64,000 bases of DNA from Tubiluchus corallicola. Its lineage: Eukaryota; Animalia; Priapulida. Made by a program: the position numbers and the translations under genes. Numbering within the stretch: the first letter of the stretch is position 1; every line of letters begins with the position of its first letter. Where the stretch lies: assembly GCA_030141605.1 (NCBI GenBank), contig JAQGDQ010000573.1, positions 1-64,000 of the forward strand, in the 5' to 3' direction. The notes beneath the pieces were generated by a model. That model was not told the origin of the DNA and did no database searches. It saw only the letters and a list, made by a program, of their open reading frames with translations. Positions 13,197 through 24,506 of the stretch are shown here, piece by piece.

Positions 13197-15371
13197 TTAA
13201 ACCCAGATAACAGATAGTTTTCAGAAACTTGGATAACTACTATTTACCCACATTATCACTGTGCATATTTTGCTGACAAAACAAACATTTTGATAAAACT
13301 GTCATGGTACAGAAACTGAAAAGCATGCTGAGTATGTATACTAAAGTATACTAATGTATACTGAGTATGTATGTAACATTAACAGTTGCTAAACGTAACA
13401 CACAGGAGTTTAGTACAAATTTTTATGCTTGCTATACAATATATGTGGAATTTGTACTCCTTGCCCAGCGTTTACTATGGCAGACTTATGATAAAATGTG
13501 CAATGTGCTGACCTAATTGTACATAAATACATATATAAATAAATATATAAATAGGTCGAGTAAATAATATCAGTAAGAAAGACAGTGACAAATACAAGTG
13601 AAAGTAACCAGTGACAGTGGCATCTTATTGATACTGTTTAAAGTTACCTATTCAATAGTCAACTTTATTAAGTTATAGAAGAATGGCTACCAGCTTACTG
13701 GTTTTTCTTACATCATCCCAGAATGAAATTCTGCACGGGGTTACAGACTTACGATATAATATTATGAAACCATATTTTACTTTTTTTACGGTTTTGTAGT
13801 CCTTTGTGCCTCCTTACATCTTATCAAGTATCTGTTCAAGTGACAGGTTATACTTGTTCACATAAAATTATTTAGAAGCAAACCATACCCTATCTTAAAT
13901 TGCAGGTCAAAAATATCTGATCTTTAAAATATTGAAAGAAAACATATTATTTTTCCAAGAATAACTTACGTAAAAGAATTATTACTTCACAAATGCAATT
14001 TTGTGTTCGTGCCGCTAGCTGTTCGCTGTTATGTGCATTTTGCCACTCGTTAGTCAGATGGGCACTACTGCATTTCAGAAACCTGTTGCACAAAAAACAG
14101 GTGCTATACTTCTCAGTTCACTGGTGTTCATTTGTGACATAGTGCACAAGTGCGAGAGCTCTGGCATGAACACGACGGTAAATCTGAAATTTGAATTTTT
14201 ACCTTAAATATTTGTTGGCTTTTAGTGGCATAATTTATCTCTACTGCATCTCTTGCAGTAGCAATGTACTTCAATTTTCACTTTTGCAAACACATGCAAC
14301 ACACTCAAGGAATGCTTTTGCTGTTGAAAACTATGTTTGTTTGTGATGTTATCAATAGTAGGGTTCACCCGCTGTTAATTAAGTTTTTAATCTATTATTT
14401 AATTATCAGAAATATTTGTAAGTATTACTGATGCTAAAATGCATACTTTTTACTGTACTTCAAAATGTGCTCAGATACGAAAAACCAACCTGTTTTCCTT
14501 TAAAAGACAGAGCCTTAATACGCATTTGAAAATGATAATATCAGAACTGTTGAGGAATTCAATAGTCATTCTGCGGAATAAAGATCTCTGATAGCGCATA
14601 TCAGAAGAGAAGATTGCAATAGGCTGTTTTCTTTGAGTTTCACCATTGTATTCAAGATCTTCAATGAAAGTATGGCCTTGGGCAATAAAAAAGTGAAATT
14701 ACTAACTCATTTTCAGCAGCGTTTTTACTATGGATGACTGTTTAAATTGTTATTTTGATCCTAGAGTTAACATAGGAGTTAAACTTGACAGAGTAAAGTT
14801 GCATTTACCAGACATATGGAACAGGGGTATGCATTGTGCGGGTGCAAAATATACAAAAGAGGTTTGATTTTTTGTATGCAGCTGTTCCACAGGCAAATAA
14901 TGTATAATACATTCCAGATCCTGGTAAAGGCCACTTAATTTTTTCTTCATGAACACAAGAAGAAGATTTAGTGATAATCATATTAAAGTCGTCTGACAAG
15001 TCTGCTCGTGGAATTTTGAAGTTTATCTAAAGGTCGCAGCAAAAACAAAGTGTTGCATTTTCACAATAAAACTTTAATCATTATTTGATTCACACAAATT
15101 TCAGTTAGTTCAGAAAAAGAAAAACCATATTAACGAATAGAATTAGAAAACAGCCCAGCAAGCAGAAGAACGGTGAGCTGTTTATTAGCATTAGCAGAAC
15201 ACGCACAATGTGCATTATAATTGCACAAATGTTCTGTAATTCTATTAACTTGCATAAGAAGGCATGTATATATGCATGTTTAGTTAAATATTTTAAGTTA
15301 AAGCTTGACAATGCACCTTTGCCTATTTTACGAGCGGTAACAGAATATGGACCACTCTTATGGACTATTAC

Positions 15372-15878
15372 CAGGCTGCATAAGATTATGGATATCCATA
15401 AAATAAGACCAAAAATCCATAAAATAAAATTTGAAAAATCCATAAAATAAGAAATGCATAAAATAAAAAAATATTTTTTTGTGATTTTTTGTACAAAATA
15501 AGGCAATCAAAACTGAATACAGGCATTCGATCGGAAACTTCAGCCTAGAGGGCATTCAACATTCGTACCAAATAGATGAATTATTTGAACTGAAGTGATG
15601 AATTACAAGGCATTGTCTCGTAAAATTTGATTAAATTTGAAGTGATATGAAACCGATAAATTAAAACTAAACCGACAAAATTAAAACCAAGTCCTGCGTG
15701 TTTAAAAACACGTTTCAAGCACTCCTGTTTTTACTTTTTAATTGATTTCCCCCTGGGCATCTCGTTCCAGATATAGTCTATTTCTTATTTTATTGATATC
15801 CATAAAATAAAATTTCAAAAATCCATAAAATAAGCTATTTTATTTATTTTATACATATCCATAATCTTATGCACCCTG
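15372..15878 (+). mobile_element. MITE family C (TIR CAGGSTGCATAAGATTATGGATAT, subterminal CCATAAAATAA repeats)
   Basis: ~24-bp TIRs; 8-bp TSD actattac / actatcac (hAT- or P-like). Confidence 0.85.
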
Positions 15879-17678
15879 ACTATCACTGTTCCACATCTGA
15901 ATTTCGAAAACAATTTTCAGTTTGTTCGAGTAGGCCTATTGTGATAATGATTTGCTGACAAAATCACAAATTTGTTAATTTCATGGTGTTGGAATGGAAT
16001 GGCTTTGCAATCAAAACAGCAAGCTTGTTTGTTGTTTGTCTCTCTGTGCGTCTGCATAAACAGATGAAGTTATAAACCTATAATCGTTAAATATGGCATA
16101 GTGCAGATGTAGAACCTCATTATTTTTTGTCACAAAGGTCAAAGGTCAAGGCAATAATGTAAAAATGTCTAGAAATTCAAAATTTTACCCACCATGACTT
16201 CACCTCTATGTGTGGGTTGGCACCTCTACTGAGTGACCTCCCTCAAGTTCTCTTCTGTACTGTTTTTGATAACAAATTATCTAAAAAACTTTCTTCCCGA
16301 TGCAAGAGGCAGTGCAAAGCAAACGAATTACCTTTCTAATTCCCGCACGAGTTACGCGCAGCATTCAACATGCGTCAGCACTGACAACAAACACTAAGAA
16401 TAAGTGTGATTTTATAAGTTTTCGCTTTGTTCACACCGGTTACACTGTAATGGCTGATTCAGAAGTGTAACGTCAAGTATTTAATGAAGTACTGTAACAT
16501 GTATGTGAATAATAATATCTATTGTTACATATTGTGATGGTTAGCAGCATTCTCCATGACAAGGAACATTATTATTATTATTATTATTGATGAATATTTG
16601 AAAAGTGGTGCCCAAATAACATGCATATATATGTGCGATGTGCATACGTTTATGTACAACTCATCATTAGTAATTAGTATCAGCTCTTTCCGATTTTGCC
16701 CACACGATATCCAATTTCAAATTAACACAAAAAGTCATTTTTGTTCATCTTGACCCAATAGTTCACTAAATTTTAAAAAAATTCTGTGCAAATTTGTTTC
16801 AACTAAGAGATCTCTTGCTCATTGCCATTTGTTGTGTTTGCCTATTATTTACAAAATGGGTTTAATAAAATAACATGAGAGATTTATAAATATGGGGATG
16901 ACAATTATTGTTTATCTCATGCATTATGAGTTTTCTCAAGGTAAGCAGCTAGTGCACAACAATTGAATATTGCTACATAAAAGCGTAGGTAAGCAAATCA
17001 CTTCCCACAGCTTGCTCAATAAAATAATTACTGAAAAACATACCGGGACAAAGAATAACAATGTCAAATGCGAGGATAATGTACGGCCATGGGGCATTTC
17101 AATGTTATTTTAGAGAATGAATCTTCGGTGGTTGGCTGACCACATGAAAAAAAAAACAGATAATATAAATTGAATATTAACTAAGTAACTAAGTACTACA
17201 ATCAACTTGTAGTTAAAGTACAAGCACCAAAAAAGTTGCTTAGAGATTGAGTGTACGATACAATCCAGTTTTGGGTTCCTTACACAAGGGCTATCAAAAT
17301 TAAGGCCATAATAATCATAAAAATAATGGGGGTAGCTGCAAAGATGAGAGTTAAGTAGTATGTATAGTGTAACCTTTCTGGGTTTTTTACACATCAATGT
17401 TATCTTTGTGTAAAGGACAACTGGGTTTAGTTATACAAGAAGATAGTAGAAAGGTAAAAGATTCCCGTTTGCAGAATAACGATAAAACCAGGAAGCTACT
17501 GACTAGGCCGACTTCAACTTCAAGTAACTACCATAAGCTAGCTTCTTAGGTCTCTAGCACAGAATTCATGAATTGTATCATATTTTTTGTATTAACAAAA
17601 ACTGATTATCGATGCACATGTAATGTATATGTTTATTGCGAAATAAATCTAATCTAATCTAAGTAGTCAGATACTTAC

Positions 17679-17871
17679 TAATAAACACCCGGTAATCAAA
17701 TGTGTTCGGCGTTCCTCTTTCTTCTGCAAAATAAGACATATCGGACTGCAGTAACGACGCCGACACAGTTAGTGATCGAATATAACTTATTTTTGCAAAT
17801 TTCGTGAAAGCCGGTCTCGAAATGCCGGTCAATTTTGTGCAACAACTTCCTAATACACGTACAAACACCAT
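17679..17871 (-). CDS. PPA2: Inorganic pyrophosphatase (family I), coding exon 1; presequence plus mature N-terminus
   Basis: MVFVRVLGSCCTKLTGISRPAFTKFAKISYIRSLTVSASLLQSD-MSYFAEERGTPNTFDYRVFI. The second half matches the eukaryotic PPase N-terminus (EERG..xxLDYRVF). GTAAGT donor, phase 1. Symbol is tentative (co-ortholog of PPA1/PPA2). Confidence 0.9.
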
Positions 17872-19337
17872 TGATTAAATTTATTAAGCACGAGGCTTAC
17901 AGAGGACTCTGTAATCTGTTAGACTGACCTGACACCTATCGGTTGAGATTGAGACTCTCAGTCTGTGTGTTTAATAGTGAATTCTGTGTTTTTAGTTTTT
18001 TGTAACATTTGTACCTTTTGTATTAAATGATGGCATCGTTTTATTATTTTCTTTCTTGTTGCTTGCTTTTCGTAACCTTAATTTCATGTAAAACTTTAGA
18101 AGTATATGTTTGCATTTGACTTTGAGCAAGTTTTGAGACAATAATAATTTGAGTGGCGGCAATTTGAAAACTAAAATAAGGTGTGATCAAGTTTTATTCT
18201 TCAGTTTCAATTATTTCTGCTGAATCGGTTTTATTGAGTTGAACATTAACTGAAAATTCTCAAAAAACAATGTAGCAGAAATTGCATGATACTACTGTAC
18301 AATCGGAAACCAAAAGGGAAGAATTCTTCACCTTCAATGCATTTTAATTTCTGCACACCCTCAAAAGAAATCTAGTTGTCTAAATCGTAATTTCCGTAAA
18401 ACTTGTTGTATTAAGTTGAGGACAATCAATTATATTGGTAATGATATGTGTTTAGCAACTTAAGATAAAAAATCAAAGCCTGATTAGTAAATGGATAAGT
18501 GACTGTCCAGTTCCGTAAAGTATTAGGAAAACTGACGTTTCATCTGCTATACATTATTGATAGATAAAATTGTAGCTGAAGCTTGTATACATTATTATTA
18601 GATTCTATTAATCCACTTGATTTGCACTGTGGTTACTTTGTTTTTTGTTTAACATGAGTTTTTTAGCACATAATAATTTTTTCTAGTTACAGACTTTTCA
18701 TGTATTTGAGCTGTCTGATTATTACAAAATTTCTTTTTGCGACTGTGTACTTAACTAGTTCTTAAGTTTTTCAGGCTTTCTTTTTTTGAGACCTTTTTTT
18801 CGCCCTGGCCTTTCATGGTTTGCTTGGTCTCGTGTTTAAAGTTATCCTTATTTTTATTTCATTGTAGATTTGTATCAGTATTCTAAGTGTCTTATCCTTA
18901 TCCTGTCCTTCCTTTTTGTTATTCCCACATATTTTCCTGATCATGAATATCTCTAAAATTATGCATGCCTGTATTTGATTAGAGTTTTCACACATGAGAA
19001 CATCTTAATTTATTGGTTAAACAAAACTTTTAGAAGCTGAGTTGTGAAGTTGATAGCGACTATTGACTTTAAGGTATTTTATTAACCAGACTCAACCAGT
19101 TTTAGGGGATTTTGTATTTAAAATCTTCAGTAAAGTAGTACTTAGTATTTACATTTAAAGTTGCCCACGCATTTTATCAACTAATTGCAGCTTTTCATTA
19201 CTTAAACTCGTAAGGGAAAAAAGTTAGTATTTCCACTCTTAGTTTTGCCTGTTAACAGTGATAAATTTTTGTAAAAATTAAGTTGGAGTCAATATCAGTC
19301 AGATATTTGTGCACTTTAGCTTCTGCTCCCGAGATTG

Positions 19338-19718
19338 ACCAACTGCTCAACCCCGTCCTCACAAACCAACTGCTCAACCCCGTCCTCACAAACCAACTTC
19401 TCAACCCCATCCTCACAAACCAACTGCTTAACCCCATCCTCACAAACCAACTGCTCAACCCCATCCTCACAAACCAACTGCTCAACCCCGTCCTCACAAA
19501 CCAACTGCTCAACCCCATCCCCACAAACCAATTGCTCAACCCCATCCCCACAAACCAACTGCTCAACCCCATCCCCACAAACCAATTGCTCAACCCCATC
19601 CTCACAAACCAACTGCTCAACCCCATCCTCACAAACCAACTGCTCAACCCCATCCTCACAAACCAACTGCTCAACCCCATCTCCACAAACCAACTGCTCA
19701 ACCCCATTCTCACAAACC
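19338..19718. repeat. 30-bp minisatellite, about 13 copies
   Basis: Unit ACCAACTGCTCAACCCCATCCTCACAA-type; lies between the two genes' coding starts. Confidence 0.97.
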
Positions 19719-19828
19719 TGTTTAGCGCATTTTGATATTGAATAACCGAGAAACGTAGCTTGCATAGCTGTGACGCTATCACGTTGAAAATGCCACTGCG
19801 ATTGCACTCACATTTGTACAAAAGAATA

Positions 19829-20119
19829 TATAGGTTTTACACGTCAAATGTAGACACAGGAAAGTTCAAATGTGACTTAGGTAAGTCAAATGTAGACATA
19901 GGAATTTCGAATGTGTTTTGGTAACTCAAATGTGACTTAGGACATTTGACTTGACATGTGTCTACATTTGACTTACCAAAAGCGCTCAAGATTTCTTGAA
20001 AACCATTGTTAACACATTTGAACTACCTAAGTCTACATTTGAGTTACCAAGACACATTTGAATTACCTAAATCTACATTTGAGTTAACGCAGGTGTACAT
20101 TTGACATGTAAAACCTATA
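19829..20119. mobile_element. Foldback MITE family D (TIR TATAGGTTTTACAYGTCAAATGTA)
   Basis: Inverted ends with arrays of TCAAATGT on the left and ACATTTGA on the right; second copy at 53594. Confidence 0.82.
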
Positions 20120-20304
20120 GAAAGTTGATTCGCTATAGAGTTAGAAAATACAGAGTTATGCAAGTAACATTTTTGTTTTCTCCAGGCACTGGTGATAGAG
20201 AGATAGATTGAATTGAATTGGTTGATAGAGGGTTCATCCCTGTGATTTCATGTGTAGTTTGACTACAGTGCATCGACCCACGACTTGATTTCATTTTTGG
20301 CAAA

Positions 20305-20340
20305 ATGAATGAAAACATGCCACCTGATGTTGTATATATG
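20305..20340 (+). CDS. ZGRF1: ZGRF1 putative first coding exon (start at Met 20305 or Met 20317)
   Basis: MNENMPPDVVYM then ATG|GTAAAA donor in phase 0 with the next exon. A polypyrimidine-CAG acceptor ending at 20185 suggests an upstream non-coding exon. Confidence 0.6.
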
Positions 20341-21145
20341 GTAAAAAACTTTATTTCAAGTGGTTTATTTTTTATTTCGTTATATAATATACATAACTAT
20401 GTTAGCGTCAGTTTGTCTGGTGGAATCTTTCTTTAAGTGTTTTTATAATTTGCATGTTATTCTGATGTAACTGTGATGTGATCAGTGTCAGTTAAATGTG
20501 ATCAAACTCAGTTAGATATGTGATTATCAGTTGGAGATCAGTTAGTGATTTACTTACTGTTAGTAGGTTGTGATTGAAGGGAGAGCTGAATGGTCATTGT
20601 GTGTTTTTATAAACTAAAGTTAAGTAGTGCTGAGCCTGATCAGTAAGTGAATGGTGGCTGCCTGGCAGGGACCAAGATGCATATGTTTATCCAAATATAG
20701 CTAAGAGATTTCTAGTTCACTATCTCGTTCTAGAGGATTATTCTTAGTGAGCTAGGTACTGATCCTGCCAGCCACCGTACTGCCAAGCTTATGAATCAGA
20801 GATTGCGAAATCATCACTTGGGGTTGTCGAAACAGTATAAAAAAATGTGTATATGTAACAAGCTAGTATGTAGCAAAATTTTATGCAAGATTTATGTTTT
20901 TTATCAGAATAATTATCTGAATTTTATGTGTCAGAAAAATTTTAGTTATAAGAATTAAAACTTATCAGATTTGGTTTATTTGTGCTAACATACTTCCTTT
21001 TAGTTAGTTTTAGCATGTTATTCTTATATTTTGTTCTCAATTAATTGAATTGCTGATCAATTGTGAAATAAATGGATTTATACTTGGCTGTAATCGCGAG
21101 TAATCTATTAATCGTCCATCACTATAACAAGATATATGCTTTCAG

Positions 21146-21226
21146 GTTTTATACACTCACCAGAAAACTAAGAAAGCAAAGACGTGGCAAGATGGAAAAC
21201 TTCGCCTCCTTCCTTCTGGAAACCAA
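21146..21226 (+). CDS. ZGRF1: ZGRF1 exon (DUF2439 start)
   Basis: VLYTHQKTKKAKTWQDGKLRLLPSGNQ matches the DUF2439 motif LYTHQKxKKxKxWQDG; TTTCAG / GTGAGT. Confidence 0.93.
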
Positions 21227-21310
21227 GTGAGTTTTCTTTCACGTATAAGTATGGCTGACGTTCTGATTTTTTTAAAATTAACATAGTGTTTCTAGTTGGG
21301 TCTCTTACTG

Positions 21311-21626
21311 CAGGCTGCATAAGATTATGAATATCCATAAAATAAGACCAAAAATCCATAAAATGAAATTTGAAAAATCCATAAAATAGGAAATGCATAA
21401 AATAAAAAAATTTGTACAAAGTAACGAGTTGTAAGCATTGGCAACACTGAAAACGAATGTTAGAAGGAGAGAAAGAGAAAGAAAACAAACCAACAAATAA
21501 AAAAAACAACTCGTTCCAGATATAGTCTATTTTTTATTTTATTGATATCCATAAAATAAAATTTCAAAAATCCATAAAATAAGCTATTTTATTTATTTTA
21601 TACATATCCATAATCTTATGCACCCT
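21311..21626 (+). mobile_element. MITE family C, shorter copy
   Basis: Same ends and subterminal repeats; right TIR tip eroded. Confidence 0.8.
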
Positions 21627-21793
21627 TAATGCTTAGTGCTTAATCAAGTGCACCAAAGATGGATCTTAAAACGAATGTTAAAGATAATTTGTGCCAGTCT
21701 TCCTCTTGGTCCAGTGGTCACCAATTTATAGGCTTGTTTGTGTAGGTTATCAGCAAAATTTAATATTGATCACTGCATTAGTAATTTAGCATT

Positions 21794-22151
21794 AACCTAG
21801 TCCCAAGCCCGGATAAATAGGGAGGGTTAGGGTCAGGAAGGGCATCCGCCTGTAAAAACTGCGCCAAAACCTTCTATGAATGAGTCAGTGAGACTTAAAG
21901 GTAAAGTCCACAAAGAAGTGGTCAGACCCGCTCTAATCTATGGGCTGGAAGCAGCTTCTCTAAAGAAGACCGAAGAGAAGAAAATGTATGTGGTGGAGAT
22001 GAGGATGTTGAGGTATGGACACCTGAAAAGAAGAGTCGGTGAAGATCTTGTGGCAATTGAAGACATAAATGAAGAGATGGTCAACAACAGGAATGCGTGG
22101 AGAAGACTCATTCACAACGGCGACCCTGAATAGGGAAAAGCTGGGAAGAAG
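21794..22151 (+). mobile_element. Non-autonomous bipartite RTE-derived retroelement
   Basis: Starts AACCTAG. 5'UTR-like GGAAGGGCATCCGCCTGTAAAAAC is joined to an RTE ORF C-terminal remnant (LKGKVHKEVVRPALIYGLEA...EMRMLR) and a GAAGAAG tail. Perfect 17-bp TSD attagtaatttagcatt. Confidence 0.88.
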
Positions 22152-22666
22152 ATTAGTAATTTAGCATTCATTACACAAAATGAGAATCAAATCATTATCT
22201 TATTATTGTGTAGAATGGCCGTAGTATAACTTAAGAAATTTTGAAAATTTGGAACTACAATTTGATTTTTAACACGTCTCACTGTCAGCATGAAAAAGTT
22301 TTATTTTATTTAAAAATGTTGCTCAAATATATTATACATTTATACTTGTCTATTTATTTATTTATTTATTTATTAAATATATCCACAACGACCATTACAG
22401 CATTGTACGTAAAAGTATTTAATAGCATATTTATTATTATGTGCACAAGATGCCAAGCCGCAAATGACCCGTGGGGTACTCAAGAAGTAATTACTTGTTT
22501 AGAGCACCCCAAATGAATGTGGACTGAGTGTAATAGAAAAGAGCAGTAAAGGAGTAGAAAGAAAGGTTAATAGAGAATAGAAAGAAAGAGAAAGATGAGA
22601 TGAAAGATATATATATATATATATAATCATACCTGGATTATGCTTGTAAACTGTGTATCATTCCAG

Positions 22667-22726
22667 GGATTCCTGTACGACGATAAGGGAACAAAATTGG
22701 ATTCCATGTTTGTGAAACATAATGAG
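22667..22726 (+). CDS. ZGRF1: ZGRF1 exon (DUF2439)
   Basis: GFLYDDKGTKLDSMFVKHNE (LYDDKG..L.S.F); CCAG / GTAGGT. Confidence 0.92.
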
Positions 22727-22952
22727 GTAGGTCAACTGCCCTTTTAAATGCGTGATAGATCATTTTGCTATGTAGAAATCATTAACCTCATATGTGACTG
22801 TACGTAAGGAACATTAAAGCGTTTAAACCCGTTGTTGGCATTTGGTCAACGAGCTTTTATTTCACTAGACAGCAGGTTGTAAACATCCCGTGCAAAATGA
22901 TTATGTTTTAATGTAATCACTATCAGCTGTCATAGCTCTGCTTCCATAAGTC

Positions 22953-23360
22953 CAGGGATGAGAATTTTCCGCAGATACGCGAAATTCCGAGTTTTTGGAA
23001 GACCAGTAGTGCCATTTTTGTAAATCGTGTAATTTTCACGGACCCAGTACATTATTTCACAAGCTGACCGCTAGTTGGCAGGCCGTCACTTTGTTTACAT
23101 CACGTACATCAGTGTAACCACGTGTATATCTATATGTATAAAAATATAGAATCAATTATGCGGAGTTATTTGAGTCAATTGCAGACAGTTTTTATATACT
23201 TGTGCATAGGAGCGGCCAGTACTTAGGCGTCTTTGAGACAATTAGGTATCATGTATCCTTGATAGTTGGGTATTTTAAATTATGCTCTCTATGGCCTACG
23301 CGGCCCCCAAACCCCCGGCCTGTTTCAGAGTTTTTTCGCAATTTGTCATTCTCATCCCTG
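22953..23360 (+). mobile_element. MITE family B (6-bp TSD)
   Basis: CAGGGATGAGAAT...ATTCTCATCCCTG with exact TSD taagtc. Confidence 0.9.
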
Positions 23361-23871
23361 TAAGTCTAAAAAATGTGAGCAACATAAATCCGCTATAACT
23401 TACTTTTTAACTAAAAAAATGCTGTCAGTGCTTATATTAATCATCACTGCTTTGGCAGCTTGAGGTGATTGACTAGGTGACTTTATAGTCTTTTCGCTAT
23501 CCTTTCTCTAGTTCTAGATCTATCTATACATTTTAACCATTCTTCAAAACTTATTAGAGATTCTTTTATTAATCATGTTTTATTGTAGCATTATAAAGAG
23601 ATAAATAAATTGAAATTGAATTGAATTGAGGTAAATGGGTCAATTCTTAGAGGACTTCTTTGTGAGAAATTTGTACTTTAGTGTTGCTCTATTCGCTATC
23701 ACAACTTTCTAAACCAAACACACATTGTCACTCATTGACTGACCTTAAAATCGACTTGGGGAAAAAAACTGAAAGTGGTAAATGTACAGTAGTTTGATAG
23801 TCTTGGTTTGTCATTTTATAATGTAGCTGCGAGTGACACTGGAAATTTATGATAAAATTCGTTCGATGCAG

Positions 23872-24084
23872 GTGTCTAGCGGAGTGGATCTTGAAACTGA
23901 TCGTTATCTGATAACTGTTGAAGATCTTTTACTACCTGGTAAAGACGCAGAAGCTGCCGCTTCCAGTTGCCTTCAATCAAAAGATGAAGATTTATCTGCA
24001 GAACAAACTGTGGGGAGTCAATGTCTAAGAAAAGAAGAATCGAAGGCCGGGACAAAGGAACAACAGGGACTTTCACGGAAACGA
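23872..24084 (+). CDS. ZGRF1: ZGRF1 exon (end of DUF2439)
   Basis: VSSGVDLETDRYLITVEDL...GLSRKR (DLExDRYLITVE); GCAG / GTATGT. Confidence 0.92.
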
Positions 24085-24506
24085 GTATGTACTACCGTTA
24101 CTGTGCGATATTAGTTACGCTTATGGAAAAAGTTAAAATCCATGTGTTTGACTATGTGCTATATGAATGAAAGTTCAGGCTTGTAAATGTCTCTATGGTG
24201 AAGTTTTACCATGTGTGGTGGGTTAGCTGAAATGGTAAGATCCACTTATACAATTGCGCAAAAAGCGCAAAGCTTCGGGTTGAAGTCATGGGTTGATTCT
24301 TAGTTTGTTATTTGTAATTTTAATTACTATTATTTCTTTATTAATTGCTATGTTCTGCAAATCTGATCACTAGATACATTTTAGCTTTGGTAATTTCTTG
24401 ATAAACGTATTGCCTGACTGAGAAGTAAGTGTTTCAGAATCATATTAACTTACTTATGTATTATGTGATATGCGCTTATCTATAGTGTTTACCTGTTTGT
24501 TTTTAG

